A stretch of DNA of 64,000 nt from NCBI GenBank assembly GCA_030390025.1, contig JASTWF010000033.1, positions 6,450,001 to 6,514,000 of the forward strand, read 5' to 3'. The DNA is from Squalus acanthias. Lineage: Eukaryota. Within the stretch, counting starts at the first letter, position 1, and each line of letters begins with the position of its first letter. Shown here in pieces: positions 25,976 through 38,062 of the stretch. The notes beneath the pieces were generated by a model that was not told where the DNA came from, ran no database searches, and worked only from the letters and a program-made list of their open reading frames with translations. A program made the translations under genes and the position numbers.

Positions 25976-26002
25976 ATTCGCGGCCTTGGTGTCGTATTTC
26001 AC

Positions 26003-26096
26003 GCAGCTGGCACAGTGGGATTTAAACTGACGTCTCCGGATCATTAGTCCAGGACTCTGGATTACTGGTCGAGTAACAGAACCACTGTGACGCCAC
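26003..26096 (-). mobile_element. tRNA-derived SINE head fragment
   Basis: Reverse complement gtggcgtcacagtggtt...agtaatccagag...gtttaaatcccactgtgccagctg with A- and B-box-like motifs. Confidence 0.55.
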
Positions 26097-26460
26097 ACAA
26101 CGTCATTAATCGTTAATTAGCTGCGCAGATTCTGAACCAGGAAATGTCAGTTAGAACAGTGAATCCAACGTCAAATCAGACACAGAAAGCGAAATAATGA
26201 GAGGAAAATAAAGATTGGATTAATATAGAGAAATTAAACTGAATAATGTAAAAACATTTGTTTATTTAAAAAATATAAAACCATTGAATTCTGAATGAAT
26301 AAGAGAGCACACGTATAAAAGTTAATTTTCAGTGCGAGAGAGGTTGTTTGGCAGTAAATGAGACGTATTAAGACAGTTAAAACAGGGACTTAGACTGCAA
26401 TGGACGAGGTTGCTGCGGTATGTGAAATATGGTCAAGAACTTCCGTTATTATCCGAAGCG

Positions 26461-29400
26461 ACATAGAAACATAGAAGATAGGAGCAGGAGTAGGCCATTC
26501 GGCCCCTCGAGCCTGCTCCTCCATTCAATGAGATCATGGCTGATCATCCAAATTCAGTACCCGGTCCCTGCCTTTTCCCCATATCCCTTAATCCCTTTAG
26601 CCTTAAGAAATATATCTCACTCCTTCTTGAATATATTTAATGAATTGGGTTCCACTGCCTTCTGTGGTAGAGAATTCCAGAGGTTCACCACTCTCTGGGT
26701 GAAGAAATTACTCCTCGTCTCTGTCCTAAATGGCTTACCCCTTATCTTTAGACTGTGACCCCAGGTTCTGGACTCCCCGACCATCGGGAACATCCTTGCT
26801 GCATCTAGTCTGTCTAGTCCTGTTAGAATTATAAAAGTTTCAATGAGATCCCCTCTCATTCTTCTAAACTCCAGCGAGTATAAGATCAATCGTCCCAATC
26901 TCTCCTCAAAAATCATTCCTGCCATCCCAGTTATCAGCCTGGTGAATCTTCGCTGCACTCCCTCCATGGCAAGAACATCCTTCCTCAGATAAGGCGACCA
27001 AAACTGCACACAATACTCAAGGAGTGGTCTCACCAAGGCCCTGTACAACTGCAGCAAGACATCCTTGTTCCTGTATTCGAACCCTCTCGCTGCGAAGGCC
27101 AACATACCATTTGCCTTCTTAACCGCCTGCTGCACCTCCATGCTTACCTTCAGCTACTGGTGCACAAGGACACCCATTTCTCGTTGCACTTCCCCTTCTC
27201 CCAATCTATTGCCATTCAGATAATAATCTGTCTTCCCGTTTTTGACACCAAAGTGGATAACCTCGCATTTATCCCCATTATAATACATCTTATATGATTC
27301 TGCACAATCACCCAACCTGTACAAATCATGCTGGAGTTGTTCGGCATCCCCCTAAATGCACACACGCCCAGCCAGCTTTGTGTCATCTGCAAACTTGGAG
27401 ATATTACATCTCGTTCCCTCGTCTAGAGCGTTAATATATATTGTGAATAGCTGGGGTCCTAGCACCGATCCCTGCGGTACCCCACTAGTCACTGCCTGCC
27501 ACTGAGAAAAAGACCCGTTTATTTCAACTCTTTGCCTTCTGTCTGCAAACCAGTTCTCCTTCCAAGTCAATGCCTTGCTCCCAATCCCAAATGCCTTAAC
27601 CTTACACGCTACTCTCTTATGCGGGACATTATCGAAAGCCTTCTGAAAGCCCAAATACAACACATCCACTTGTTCACCCTTATCTATTTTACCAGTTACA
27701 TCTTCAAAAAATTCCAGTAGATTAGTGAAGCATGATTTACCTTTTGTAAATCAACGTGGACTTTGTCCGATCCTGTCACTGTTTTCCAAGTGCTCCGCTA
27801 TTACATCTTTTATAATGGACTCCAGCATTTACCCACTACCGATGTCAGGCTTATCGGTCTATAATTCCCCGTTTTCTCTCTACCACCTTTTTTGAATAGT
27901 GGGGTAACATTAGCTATCCTTCAATCCATGGGTACTGTTCCAGAATCTATCGAATTTTGGCAGATGCATCTACTATTTCTAGGGCCACTTCCTTAAGTAC
28001 CCTAGAATGTAGATTATCAGGCCCTGGGGATTGATCAGCCTTCAATCCCGTCAATTTCGCTAACACCATTTACCTACAAATACTGTTTAATTTCAGTTCC
28101 TCCCTCTCATTAGACCTTATGTTCCCCGACAACTCTGGGAGGTTATTTGTGTCCTCCTTTGTGAAGACTGAACCAATGTATATATTTTTTGGTCTGCCAT
28201 TTCGATGTTCCACATTATAAATTCCCCTGATTCTGATTGCAAGGGACACCTTCACCAACTTTTTCTCTTTACATCTCTATAAAAGCTTTTACAGTTTCTA
28301 TGTTCCCTGAAAGTTTACTCTCAAAATCTATTTCCCCCTCTCTTAATTAATCCCTTTGCCCTCCTTTGCTGAATCCTAAACTGCTCCCAATCCTCAGGTT
28401 TACTGCTTTTTCTGGCCAATTTATATGTCCTCTCCTTGGATCTTATGCTATTCCTGATTTCCCTTCTTAGCCACGGTTGAGTCACCTTTTTTGTTTTATT
28501 TTTATGCCAAACTGGGATGAACAAATTCTGCAGTTCATCCATGCGATCTTTGAAAGTTTGCCATTGCCTGTACATCGTCAGCCCTTTGAGTAACATTCCC
28601 CAATCAATCCTCCCCACTCGCACCTTATACCATCGTAGTTTCCTTTATTTAAATTCAGGACCCTAGACTCCGACCCAACTACACCACTCTCCATTTTAAT
28701 GAAGAATTCTATCATATTATGATCGCTCCGACCCAAGGGGCCTCGCACAAGAAGAATGCTAATTAATCCTTTCTCATTACATAATACCGAGTCTAAGATG
28801 GCCTGAACTCTAGTTGGTTCCTCAATATATTGGTCCAGGAAACCATCCCGTATTCACTCCAGGAATTGCTCCTCCACAGTACTGTTACTAATTCGGTTAC
28901 CCCAATCTATATGTAAATTAAAGTCACCCATGATAACTGCTCTGCCATTATTGCACGCTTCTCTAATTTCCCTTTTAATGCCATCCCCAACCTCCGCATT
29001 ACTGTTTGGGGTTCTGTATACCACTCCCACTAACGTTTTCTGCCCCTTGGTATTTCTCAGTTGTACCCATACAGAATCCACATCATCAGAGCTAATATCC
29101 TTCCTTACTGTTGTGTTAAACCCCTCTTTAACCAGCAATGCTACCCCACCTCCTTTTCATTTTTGCCTATCTTTCCTGAATATTGAATACCCCTAGATGT
29201 TGAGTTCCCAGCCTTGGTCACCCTGGAGCCATGTGTCCGTAATCGCAATCACATCATATTCATTTACCTCTATTTGCGCAGCTAATTCATCCACCTTATT
29301 ACGAATGCTCCTCGCATTAAGTCACAAAGCCTTTAGTCTTGTTTTTTTAATGCGCTTAGACCTTTTATAATTATTATTCACTGTGGCCATGTTTGATTTA

Positions 29401-29960
29401 AATCCTTGATTTCTCTGACTGCCACCTTTGTTTTTCTCCTTCCTGTCTTTTGCTTCTATCCTTGTTTCCCTTGTCTCTGTCTCCCTGCTCAGGTTCCCAA
29501 CCCCCTGCCATTTTAGTTTAAATCCTCCCCCAGAGCACGATCAAACACTCCACCCAGGACAGCGGTCCCGGACCTGCTCAGTTGCAAACCGTCCGGTTTG
29601 TAATGATCCCACCTCCCCCAGAACTGGTTCCAATGTCCCAGGAATTTGAATCCCTCCCCCTTGCACCTTTCCTCTAGCCACGTATTCATCTGAAATATAC
29701 TGCTATTTCTACTCTGACTAGCACGTGGCACTGGTAACAATCCTGCGATTACTTCCTTTGAGGTCCTATTTTTTAATTTACCTCCTAACTCCCTATATTC
29801 AGCTTTTAGGACCTTATCCCGTTTTTTTTGCCTATATCGTTGTTACCTAGATGCCCCACGACAACTGACAGTCCACCCTCCCCCTCCAGATTGTTCTGCA
29901 GCCGCTCTGAGACATCCTTGACCCTTGCACCAGGGAGGCAACATGCCATCCTGGAGTATC
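26461..29960 (-). mobile_element. CR1 LINE truncated within ORF1, same subfamily as 8617-13109
   Basis: SGNH fragment (CCLPGARVKDVSERL, DGLQL), APE (IMGDFNLHIDW), RT (KFADDTKL), and the same tail. Confidence 0.95.
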
Positions 29961-30191
29961 GTTTTAAGATCTCACGCTGATCCACTGCAACCAATGGAAT
30001 GTGTAGCTTTGAGAGGCTTTCTGCACCGTCAGGGCAGGAAACCGGTGTGAGGGATGGTCACTGTCATCGTTTAACACAACCTGAGCTCCGAGATCTGGGC
30101 GGGTCCCGTTCCCAGAAGTGCCAGGCGAGCAATTCCACCGGGGGTTTGATATTCTTCCACGAGAATGACACAAAGTTCAATTTGCTCTTGG

Positions 30192-30260
30192 GGCGAAATA
30201 GTTCAGCTGGGAGAGCGTTCGACTGAAGTATCTGAAAGTTCCCGGATTAATCTCGTTTTT
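30192..30260 (+). tRNA. tRNA-Phe(GAA) pseudogene
   Basis: ggcgaaatagttcagctgggagagcgttcgactgaagtatct vs canonical GCCGAAATAGCTCAGTTGGGAGAGCGTTAGACTGAAGATCT; 3' end degenerate. Confidence 0.75.
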
Positions 30261-30730
30261 TTTTATCTCCTTCATTTTAAGTGTGAGTATCCGATGGGAG
30301 ATTGCACCAAGATTATGTACAATTACTCCTCTCATAAATAAATTAAATTAAATGTGTATAAGGTAACGCACAAACAAAATAAAAATCCAGGGAGAAATAA
30401 ACACTGAGCAAAATGGGTTGTGATACTTGGAAGGAGGTGCAGCTAAAAAGAGCAGAAAATGTGAGTTTGTGTTCCGGATGAGTGAGAGGAATTCGTCGCT
30501 CTCTCGGGCTTTAGTTGGCCGATTTACTGATAAACCCGGGGATTGAGGGGAAGCTGGCTCATGGTTTGTGAAACAAGCTGAGCCGCGGGGATGGAGACAA
30601 CAGCTGCCTCCCTGCAATAGCAGACAGGGATCCTGCGTTGTTGTTGAGGCGGTTTGGCTGCTGCTGCTTCCTCCTCTCGCACTCCGAGAGCCCGGGCGGT
30701 GGTCGCTACCGAGCTCCCTCCTTTGGATCC

Positions 30731-30790
30731 GGCTCCAGGCGCGACGGTAGCGGGTCTGACTCCAGATCAGAATAAATTGCGACGGGATCA
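30731..30790 (+). tRNA. tRNA-Trp(CCA) pseudogene with T-arm deletion
   Basis: ggcgcgacggtagcgggtctgactccagatcagaa vs canonical GGCGCAACGGTAGCGCGTCTGACTCCAGATCAGAA. Confidence 0.75.
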
Positions 30791-31078
30791 TTGCGTTTTC
30801 ACAGCTGCTCAGCATCCTTCGACAGATTTTATAGCGGGTCAGTGTGTTCGGTCTGGGCTGTTCAGTGTTGGTGCAGGAATTATCATCAGAATTATGCCCA
30901 ACAGATTAAATAGCTCTTTTATGCTACTTTCGATTTACACCATATACACAATCACGTAACAATGTTTAGGGATGAGCTGTGCTCAATGTTGGTGACATAG
31001 CTCTGTCACTCAGTGTGGGAAGTGAAATACAAGCGGCCCAATGAGGGGCTCCAAACACCAACTGTGAGCTCTGTTCAG

Positions 31079-31138
31079 GGCCGATTTGCTCAGTTGGTTC
31101 GCAGCGCCAAGGTTACGGGTCCATCTCCGTAGGAGCCA
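31079..31138 (+). tRNA. tRNA-Ile-derived pseudogene lacking most of the anticodon arm
   Basis: ggccgatttgctcagttggtt...cgccaaggttacgggtccatctccgtaggagcca vs tRNA-Ile(AAT). Confidence 0.65.
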
Positions 31139-31919
31139 GCGGCCGTTTCTTTTACTACTTTTCTTGTTTTAGTTACTTTTAAAATTCCAACCTTACAAAC
31201 AAACAAATACACACAAATATTTAGGGGGTATTGTTTTTTGATTAACATCCATTACAATGCTTTCTACTGCTTTGCCCCTGTGGTGGAGAACCACGTCTTC
31301 CTGTTTATTTGTCTTTCCTCCTTTCTTTCTTCCTTCCTATCTCACTCAGCTTTCCATGTCTCCATTTCTTTCTATCTGTCTCATGTCTCCTTTTTTCTAT
31401 CTGTATTTCTTGCCCAGAAATGTTTCCTGCACACCTTCCATTGGGAGTCTCTCACTCAGTAACTAACAATGTGAGGCAATGAGTGTTGGTCCCGGTGTGT
31501 TGTCTCTCTGTCCGTGGCTGATGAACGTTGAACTGGCGGCCTGTCCCCGTAAATGGTCACAAGCAGGAAGAGACAGACAGAGCGGCTCTGACCCCGCGAG
31601 ATGGGCAAAAGGCTTCAGTTCAGGACAGATGCACCAATGAAATGTTCACCCGGCACCGAGAGAGATAACATCCAGAGACAAGGACAGAAGGAATAGAAAA
31701 AGGGTGGATTTACCCCTCCTGCTAATTCCTCACTTCGAGGCAATGGGACCCGGCCAGCTCTCGGAGCTCAGTTTATGTTCATGTTCTGATGATGATATCT
31801 TATTTCCTTGTGTTTGGGCCACTTTTAATCAGGTTCATGAACAATTCTCTCTCAGTCATTCTTCATTCCTTTCAATGCAGAAGGAAGCGGAAATCAGAGC
31901 TAACCCTGTGATATGATAT

Positions 31920-32472
31920 TTCATCTCACGCAGCGTTGTACTGAGACCCAGAGACTAGGATGGGCCCAGGCTCCATCTCCGGCCTGTGCTGAGTTACCTG
32001 ATCTTACCTGGCTTGGTACTGAGCACCACACAGAATAAGCAAAGCCCAGGCTCCATCCCTGGCCTGTGCTGAGTGCGCTGATCTGAGCCGTGCGTTACTG
32101 TCCTGTACAGAGCAGGACGGTCCTAGCTTCCATACTCGGCCTGTTCTGAATGAGCTGATCTCACCTAGTGTGGGACTGAGCCACACTGAGCGGAATGGGC
32201 CCAGACTCCTTCCATTGTCTCAGGTGTTAGTTCATCTCTCTCTGATTGAAACTGAGTGCCACAAAAAAGAGTGAAAGCCGAGGCTCCAGGCCCAGCATGT
32301 GGTAAGTTATTTCATCTCAGCCAGTGTTTTACTGAGACACAGACTAGGATGGGGCCAGGATCTAAAGTCGACCTCAGTTATTTTAGTTCATTCACTCGGT
32401 ATGGTTCTGACCCCACACAGAGAAGAAAGGGCCAGACGCCATCTCCCCCCTGTGCTGAGTTATATAATCTCC
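31920..32472 (+). repeat. Diverged ~78-bp tandem array (~7 units), SINE-head-like
   Basis: Recurrent actgag..cacacag..ggcccaggctccatccctggcctgtgctgagtt..gatct. Confidence 0.65.
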
Positions 32473-32571
32473 CCCGCTGTGGCAACGAGCACTGCAAAAA
32501 ACAGGAAGGGCCGATGTTCCAATAATCTCCCTATGTCATTGGATCCAAATCTTCCTATGTCATTGGATTAA

Positions 32572-34585
32572 AATCACTAAGGAATTGGTACTCAGTAAAA
32601 TAATGGGCCTCAAGGCGGATAAATCCCCTGGATCTGTTGGCTTACATCCTAGGGTCTTGAGGGAAGTGGCAGTAGGAATTGTGGATGCTTTGGTAATAAT
32701 TTTCCAAAACTCCCTGAACGCAGCAAAGGTCCCGGCAGATTGGAAAACTGGTAATGTAACACCCTTATTTAAAAAGGGTTGTAGGCAGAAGGCTGGAAAT
32801 TATAGACCAGTTAGCCTAACATCTGTGGTAGGTAAAATTTTGGAGTCTATTATTAAGGAGACAGTAACGGAACATTTAGATAAACATAATTTAATAGGAC
32901 AAAGTCAGCATGGCTTTATGAAGGGGAAGTCATGTCTGACAAATTTGCTCGAGTTCTTTGAGGACATAACGTACAGGGTGGATAAATGGGAACCAGTGGA
33001 TGTAGTGTACTTCGACTTCCAGAAGGCATTCGACAAGGTGCCGCATAAAAGATTATTACTCAAGATAAAAAATCACTGGATTGGGGGTAATATTCTTGCA
33101 TAGAAACATAGAAACATAGAATCTAGGAGCAGGAGTAGGCCATTCGGCCCGTCGAGCCTGCTCCGCCATTCAATACGATCATGGCTGATCATCCAAATCC
33201 AGTACCCTGTCCCTGCTTTAATCCCCACAGTACACATATCCCACCCTACCCCCATAACCCCACGTATTTAATTCCCCCTAACATATCCCATCCTATCCCC
33301 ATAACCCCACATATTTAATCCCCCCTAACACTAAGGGTCAATTTATCATAGCCAAATCAACCTAACCCACACATTTTTGGATGAGTGGAGGATTGGTTAT
33401 CAAACAGGAAGCAGAGAGTTGGGATAAATGGTTCATTCTCCGACTGGCAACCAGTAGCCAGTGGTGTGCCGCAGGGGTCGGTGCTGGGTCCCCAACACTT
33501 TACAATCTATATTAACGATTTGGAGGAGGGGACCGAGTGTAACATATCAAAGTTTGCAGATGATACAAAGATGGGAGGGAAAGTAGAGAGTCAGGAGGAC
33601 ATAAAAAACTTACAAGGGGATATAGACAGGCTGGATGAGTGGGCAGAGATTTGGCAGATGCAATACAATATTGGAAAATGTGAGGTTATGCACTTTGGCA
33701 GGAAAAATCAGAGAGCAAGTTATTATCTTAATGGCGAGAATCTGGAAAGTACTGCATTACAAAGGGATCTGGGGGTCTTGGTGCAAGAAAATCAAAAAGT
33801 TAGTATGCAGGTGCAGCAGGTGATCAAGAAAGCCAATGGAATGTTGGCTTTTATTGCTAGGGGGATAGAATGTAAAAACAGGTAGGTATTGCTGCAGTTG
33901 TATAGGGTATTGGTGAGACCGCACCTGGAGTACTGCATACAGTTTTGGTGTCCATACTTAAGAAAAGACATACTTGCTCTCGAGGCAGTCCAAAAAAGTA
34001 CACTCGGTTAATTCCGGGGATGAGGGGGTGGACATACAAGGAGAGGTTGAGTAGATAGGGACTCTACTCATTGGAGTTCAGAAGAATGAGAGGCGATCTA
34101 ATTGAAACATATAAGATTGTGAAGGGGCTTGATCGGGTGGACGCGGTGAGGATGATCCCAATGATGGGTGAAACTAGAACTAGGGGACATAATCTTAGAA
34201 TAAGGGGCTCCTCTTTCAAAACTAAGATGAGGAGAAACTTCTTCACTCAGAGGGTAGTGGGTCTGTGGAATTTGCTACCCCAGGAAACTGTGGAAGCTAC
34301 TTCATTAAATAAATTTAAAACAGAAATAGACCGTTTCCTAGAAGCAAAGGGAATCAGGGGTTACGGGGAGCGGGCTGGAAATTGGACATGAGTTTGACTT
34401 CGGATCGGTCAAGGCCCTGTGGGTGGCGGAGCGGGCCCAGGGGCCGAGTGGCCTGGTCCTGCTCCTACTTCTTGTGTTCTTTAGAGTTGAGATTAGGATC
34501 AGATCAGCCATGATCTCATTGAATGGCGGAGCAGGCTCGAGGGGCCGATTGGTCTACTCCTGCTCCTATTTCTTATGTTCTTATG
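32572..34585 (+). mobile_element. 5'-truncated CR1 (RT), interrupted by a SINE; two tandem tail motifs
   Basis: [41 protein letters not shown]; tail ttcttatgttcttatg. Confidence 0.95.
33100..33380 (-). mobile_element. 5'-truncated HE1/V-SINE-type copy inside CR1
   Basis: Reverse complement of ~55328-55554; splits GNILA / VEDW in the RT. Confidence 0.85.
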
Positions 34586-34589
34586 TAAC

Positions 34590-34930
34590 ATGGACCAGGA
34601 CTTCTGGCTGGTCCCCTTCCCTTCGCAGAATGTCCTGGCACCAGGGAGGCAACACAATATGCAAGACTTAGGTCACCGGATGCAGAAACGCCAGTCTATC
34701 CCCGGACTATCGAATCCCGTTGACTTCCTTCAAAAACGCGCGATCGGGGAAATTCTCAGCCTACCGTGTTCCCTGTAGTGACACCAGCCACTCCTCAAGC
34801 TCAGAAAGCCTAAACTCCAGCTCGAGCAGCCGGAGGCACTTCCTGCACACGTGGTTGTCCAGGAGACACGAAGCGTCCTGGAGTTCCCACATTGCACAGT
34901 ATGTGCAGGCAACGGGTCACAGCTATCCCA
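34590..34930 (-). mobile_element. CR1 ORF1 fragment
   Basis: Cys-rich N-terminus and ttgcctccctggtgccagg (CLPGAR). Confidence 0.65.
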
Positions 34931-35129
34931 ACATTTTACTGAAATTAACTGTCTATTTGCTTAAAGTTCTCTTTACATAGAGTGTTCTGCTCCCTCCCTC
35001 TTGTTCTTTTGCTGTTGTCCCTCGGTTTACATTATTTCGCACCTCCTCACATTTTATCACCTAATTCCCACACTTTCCAAATCCCCGTTTTTTAATCTTC
35101 CCTCTGTTTGTAATTCACTCCGTCGACCG

Positions 35130-36036
35130 TGTAGGAAAGGCTGATATTTAGAGATATTTAGTAGACGAGAATCATATATGTATAACTTCAATTGTAGCCA
35201 TTGAGCAAATCATATTACCCATAATTACTCCTGGGTAACTAAAAAGCTAAGACTTGTTCAGAATGCAGCTGCGAGGAACTTCAAAAGCAGCTTTCACTAA
35301 GCTTCGATAACAAACAGCCACAGGCTGCAAGTGGAGGTCAAATTATAGTGCTAAGTAGAAATTAGAGTTCTTTTAACAAAACTAATTGCAACAATATTTA
35401 AAGGATAATTAGTATAAGGACATACAATGAGTGAGATCATGAAAGTTAAGGTATTTATCTGGTAGATTAATGTGAGGTCATCTGGATTCCTCAAGACAAG
35501 TGAAATAGCGCTGATTTGGGACCTTGGTATAAAGGCCTTGTGCCAGAGAGGCTATGAAATGAAAGAGATATGGTAAATTCCAATGGGGTGAAAAGCTATA
35601 AACAAGATAACACGACAGCAGAACAGGGTTAATGGACATGTACTGGAAAAGGAGTGGCCAGTTTACTAGCTTTAACCTGAGTGACAATGGTATGTTGACC
35701 ATTAGAACAAAATTAAACAGGGTGATTTTGTTCATGACCATATATGGACACTGGATAGACGAACTATTGATAAGGAAAGGGTTAAAACCTCGATACTCAA
35801 AGAACAACTTCACACAGAGATTTGTTGCGAAGAAAAGGGACAGATTTACGACGACGTTGCCTGTGTCCGAAGGGCTCCAGAGACCAAGGTCTGCGAGCGA
35901 TTCGTTTTACTGTCGCCTCATGTTAAGTATTAATTTCGCTGTAAGCTTAATAAATCTGTTCTATTGCTCAAACATACTGGCTGCTGCCTATTTATGTCTT
36001 GTCCAAGAACTCTGAGAGGACACTTTATTGATTCAC
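35130..36036 (+). repeat. Putative 5' LTR
   Basis: Ends in CA just before the PBS; AATAAA at 35949. The TG start at 35130 is a guess because no second LTR is available for comparison. Confidence 0.55.
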
Positions 36037-36039
36037 AAT

Positions 36040-36057
36040 TGGCGACCCAGATGTGAC
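36040..36057 (+). promoter_or_regulatory. Primer binding site, tRNA-Arg(CCG)-type
   Basis: tggcgacccagatgtgac matches 17/18 of TGGCGACCCAGATGGGAC, the complement of a vertebrate tRNA-Arg 3' end (recalled from memory). Confidence 0.75.
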
Positions 36058-38062
36058 AAGAGAGATGCGGCTAGTATTGTGTAAAAGACCAGATCTCGAG
36101 AGCAGCCTCCTGATCAGCTGCTGCTCTCGAGGAGAGATTAACCCTTCGTGGGGAGTGCCCGTGAATTGCGCGCCGATAGTTATAAATGTTAGAGGTCTGT
36201 TAAGAAAACTACAAAAAGACTAGTAACAGTTTTGTTAACGCGTACAAGAGTAAATTAGATAGAGGTGCCTGTGAGGAGGAAGTACAGGTACTATTGACGG
36301 AATGTTTAAGCAAAGGAGACCGAGTCCCCTTTGAAGAAGTGATAAACTTTATTCAGGAACGTGTGGATCTAAAAATGATTTAAAGTGATAACGCGACTAG
36401 GCTACTCGCCTAAGCAGTATTTTACTGCTTAAAGAGATTATGAGTACTGTAAGATACAAAGTAGAGAGAGAGAAGAGCTAAGGGCACAACACAATGAGTT
36501 ATAAGGAAAACATAGCCGGAGGTAGAGGACTTAAGGAAGCAGCAAGAGCTGGTTGTGGAAGACTTAAATAGAAAGCTGGTTCAGGAAGTGGGCAATTACT
36601 GACTTAGAGAGTCAGACATCTCAAGCTGCGGTAGTTATATAACAACAGAGCGCGTGCGCAGTCCAGGCAGGAAGTGCCATGCATGAACTGGAAGAAATTA
36701 AACAGGCGTTACAATGTTGTGAGATAGAGAAGGAGAATCTTACGCGCGATTTACAAGATGCCAGAGGCGCCTTGCCGGAAGCTCTCGGCGCACTTATAGA
36801 GAAACGGATCGCACTCAGTGTAGGGTGAAGATGTACGAACTACAGGGAAAGCTGGGAAAACGGGAGGCTGTTGTGGCTGCGGTTACTGCTAGATCGTATG
36901 ATTCAGCAGTGGGAGCAGCAGGGGAGGAGAAATGATAAACTGGGATTCACTAGAAGGCAAGACATATCAGCACGGCCGACATGATGGTTGGGGAGACCCC
37001 GGGGTGTCCTCCATCCATGAGGAGAGGCAGTCGCCCCTGTGAGTGTCATAGTTACAACCCAGGACTATGATGACAAGGGGGAGAAAACCTCCTCCGAAAA
37101 GCACTCCGTTCCCCTCAATGCTGCCGAAGTATAAGCTTGTGTTAATGGGTTCGGCCCCAAAACACTATCCGAGTGCCCCATCGACGTTAAAGTTCGATGG
37201 AATGGTTGGAAGTGGGGACAAAGCGAAATAGAGGAATCCGATTTGAAACGCGTCCGCCTCGCTGGCACCAAACCCAAAATACGGCTAAATCTTCCGTTCC
37301 TGGTTTATAATATCGCAACTGCCTCGTCAGTAGTCATGGTGTCCATTCAGGAACAGTGAGACATTGAGTGATTGAGGGCATGGATATGGCTAAGACATGA
37401 TACCAAACAACACAGGGACCAGTAGAATCACCCACTGTATTCACTGATAGGCTCTCCACGGTTTATGGTGGAACCGAATGGGTTGCTCCTGACTCCTATG
37501 AGAAAGGTAAGGACCAGGAACCATTCAAAAAACAATTCATGAATGGCTTGCAAAGCTCATTGAGGTGCGCTCTAGGACACACATTCTCAAATGTGACTGA
37601 GTGGCCTGAGCTACTCCAGATCACCAATCAGGCATGGACTTTTGCAAGGGAGTTGTGTAGACAAAAAAAACCTTTTAGTCTGGTAGAAAGAACTGTTGTG
37701 TGGTAGAAGGTCCAGTTATGCCCACTGCACCACGCTACACACGTCGATTCGAAGGAAATTGTTACAATTGTGGGAGTCCTGGGCACTATTCTAAATTGTG
37801 TAAGAAGAATCGAAAACAGGGCCAAAGGAACCCTCCCTTTCAAGGAAATCTACCCACACCACCCGCGATAATATCCACTTATCTCCTGGAGACCAAGGTA
37901 GATAAATTGGCCAGATAAATGAGTAAAATAACAGCCATTCTGAACACCAACATGGTTAAAAGCGCTAATCCGGTGGGGGCCGTCTCGGATCCGTCTGGAC
38001 AACAGCCTCAGGGAGTCCAGGCATCGGCCCAATGAAGGGGACGGGCCCACTATTGGTCGGAA

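Noticed and set aside
31035..31075. Possible reverse-strand tRNA 3' fragment
   Set aside because: Similarity too weak to assign
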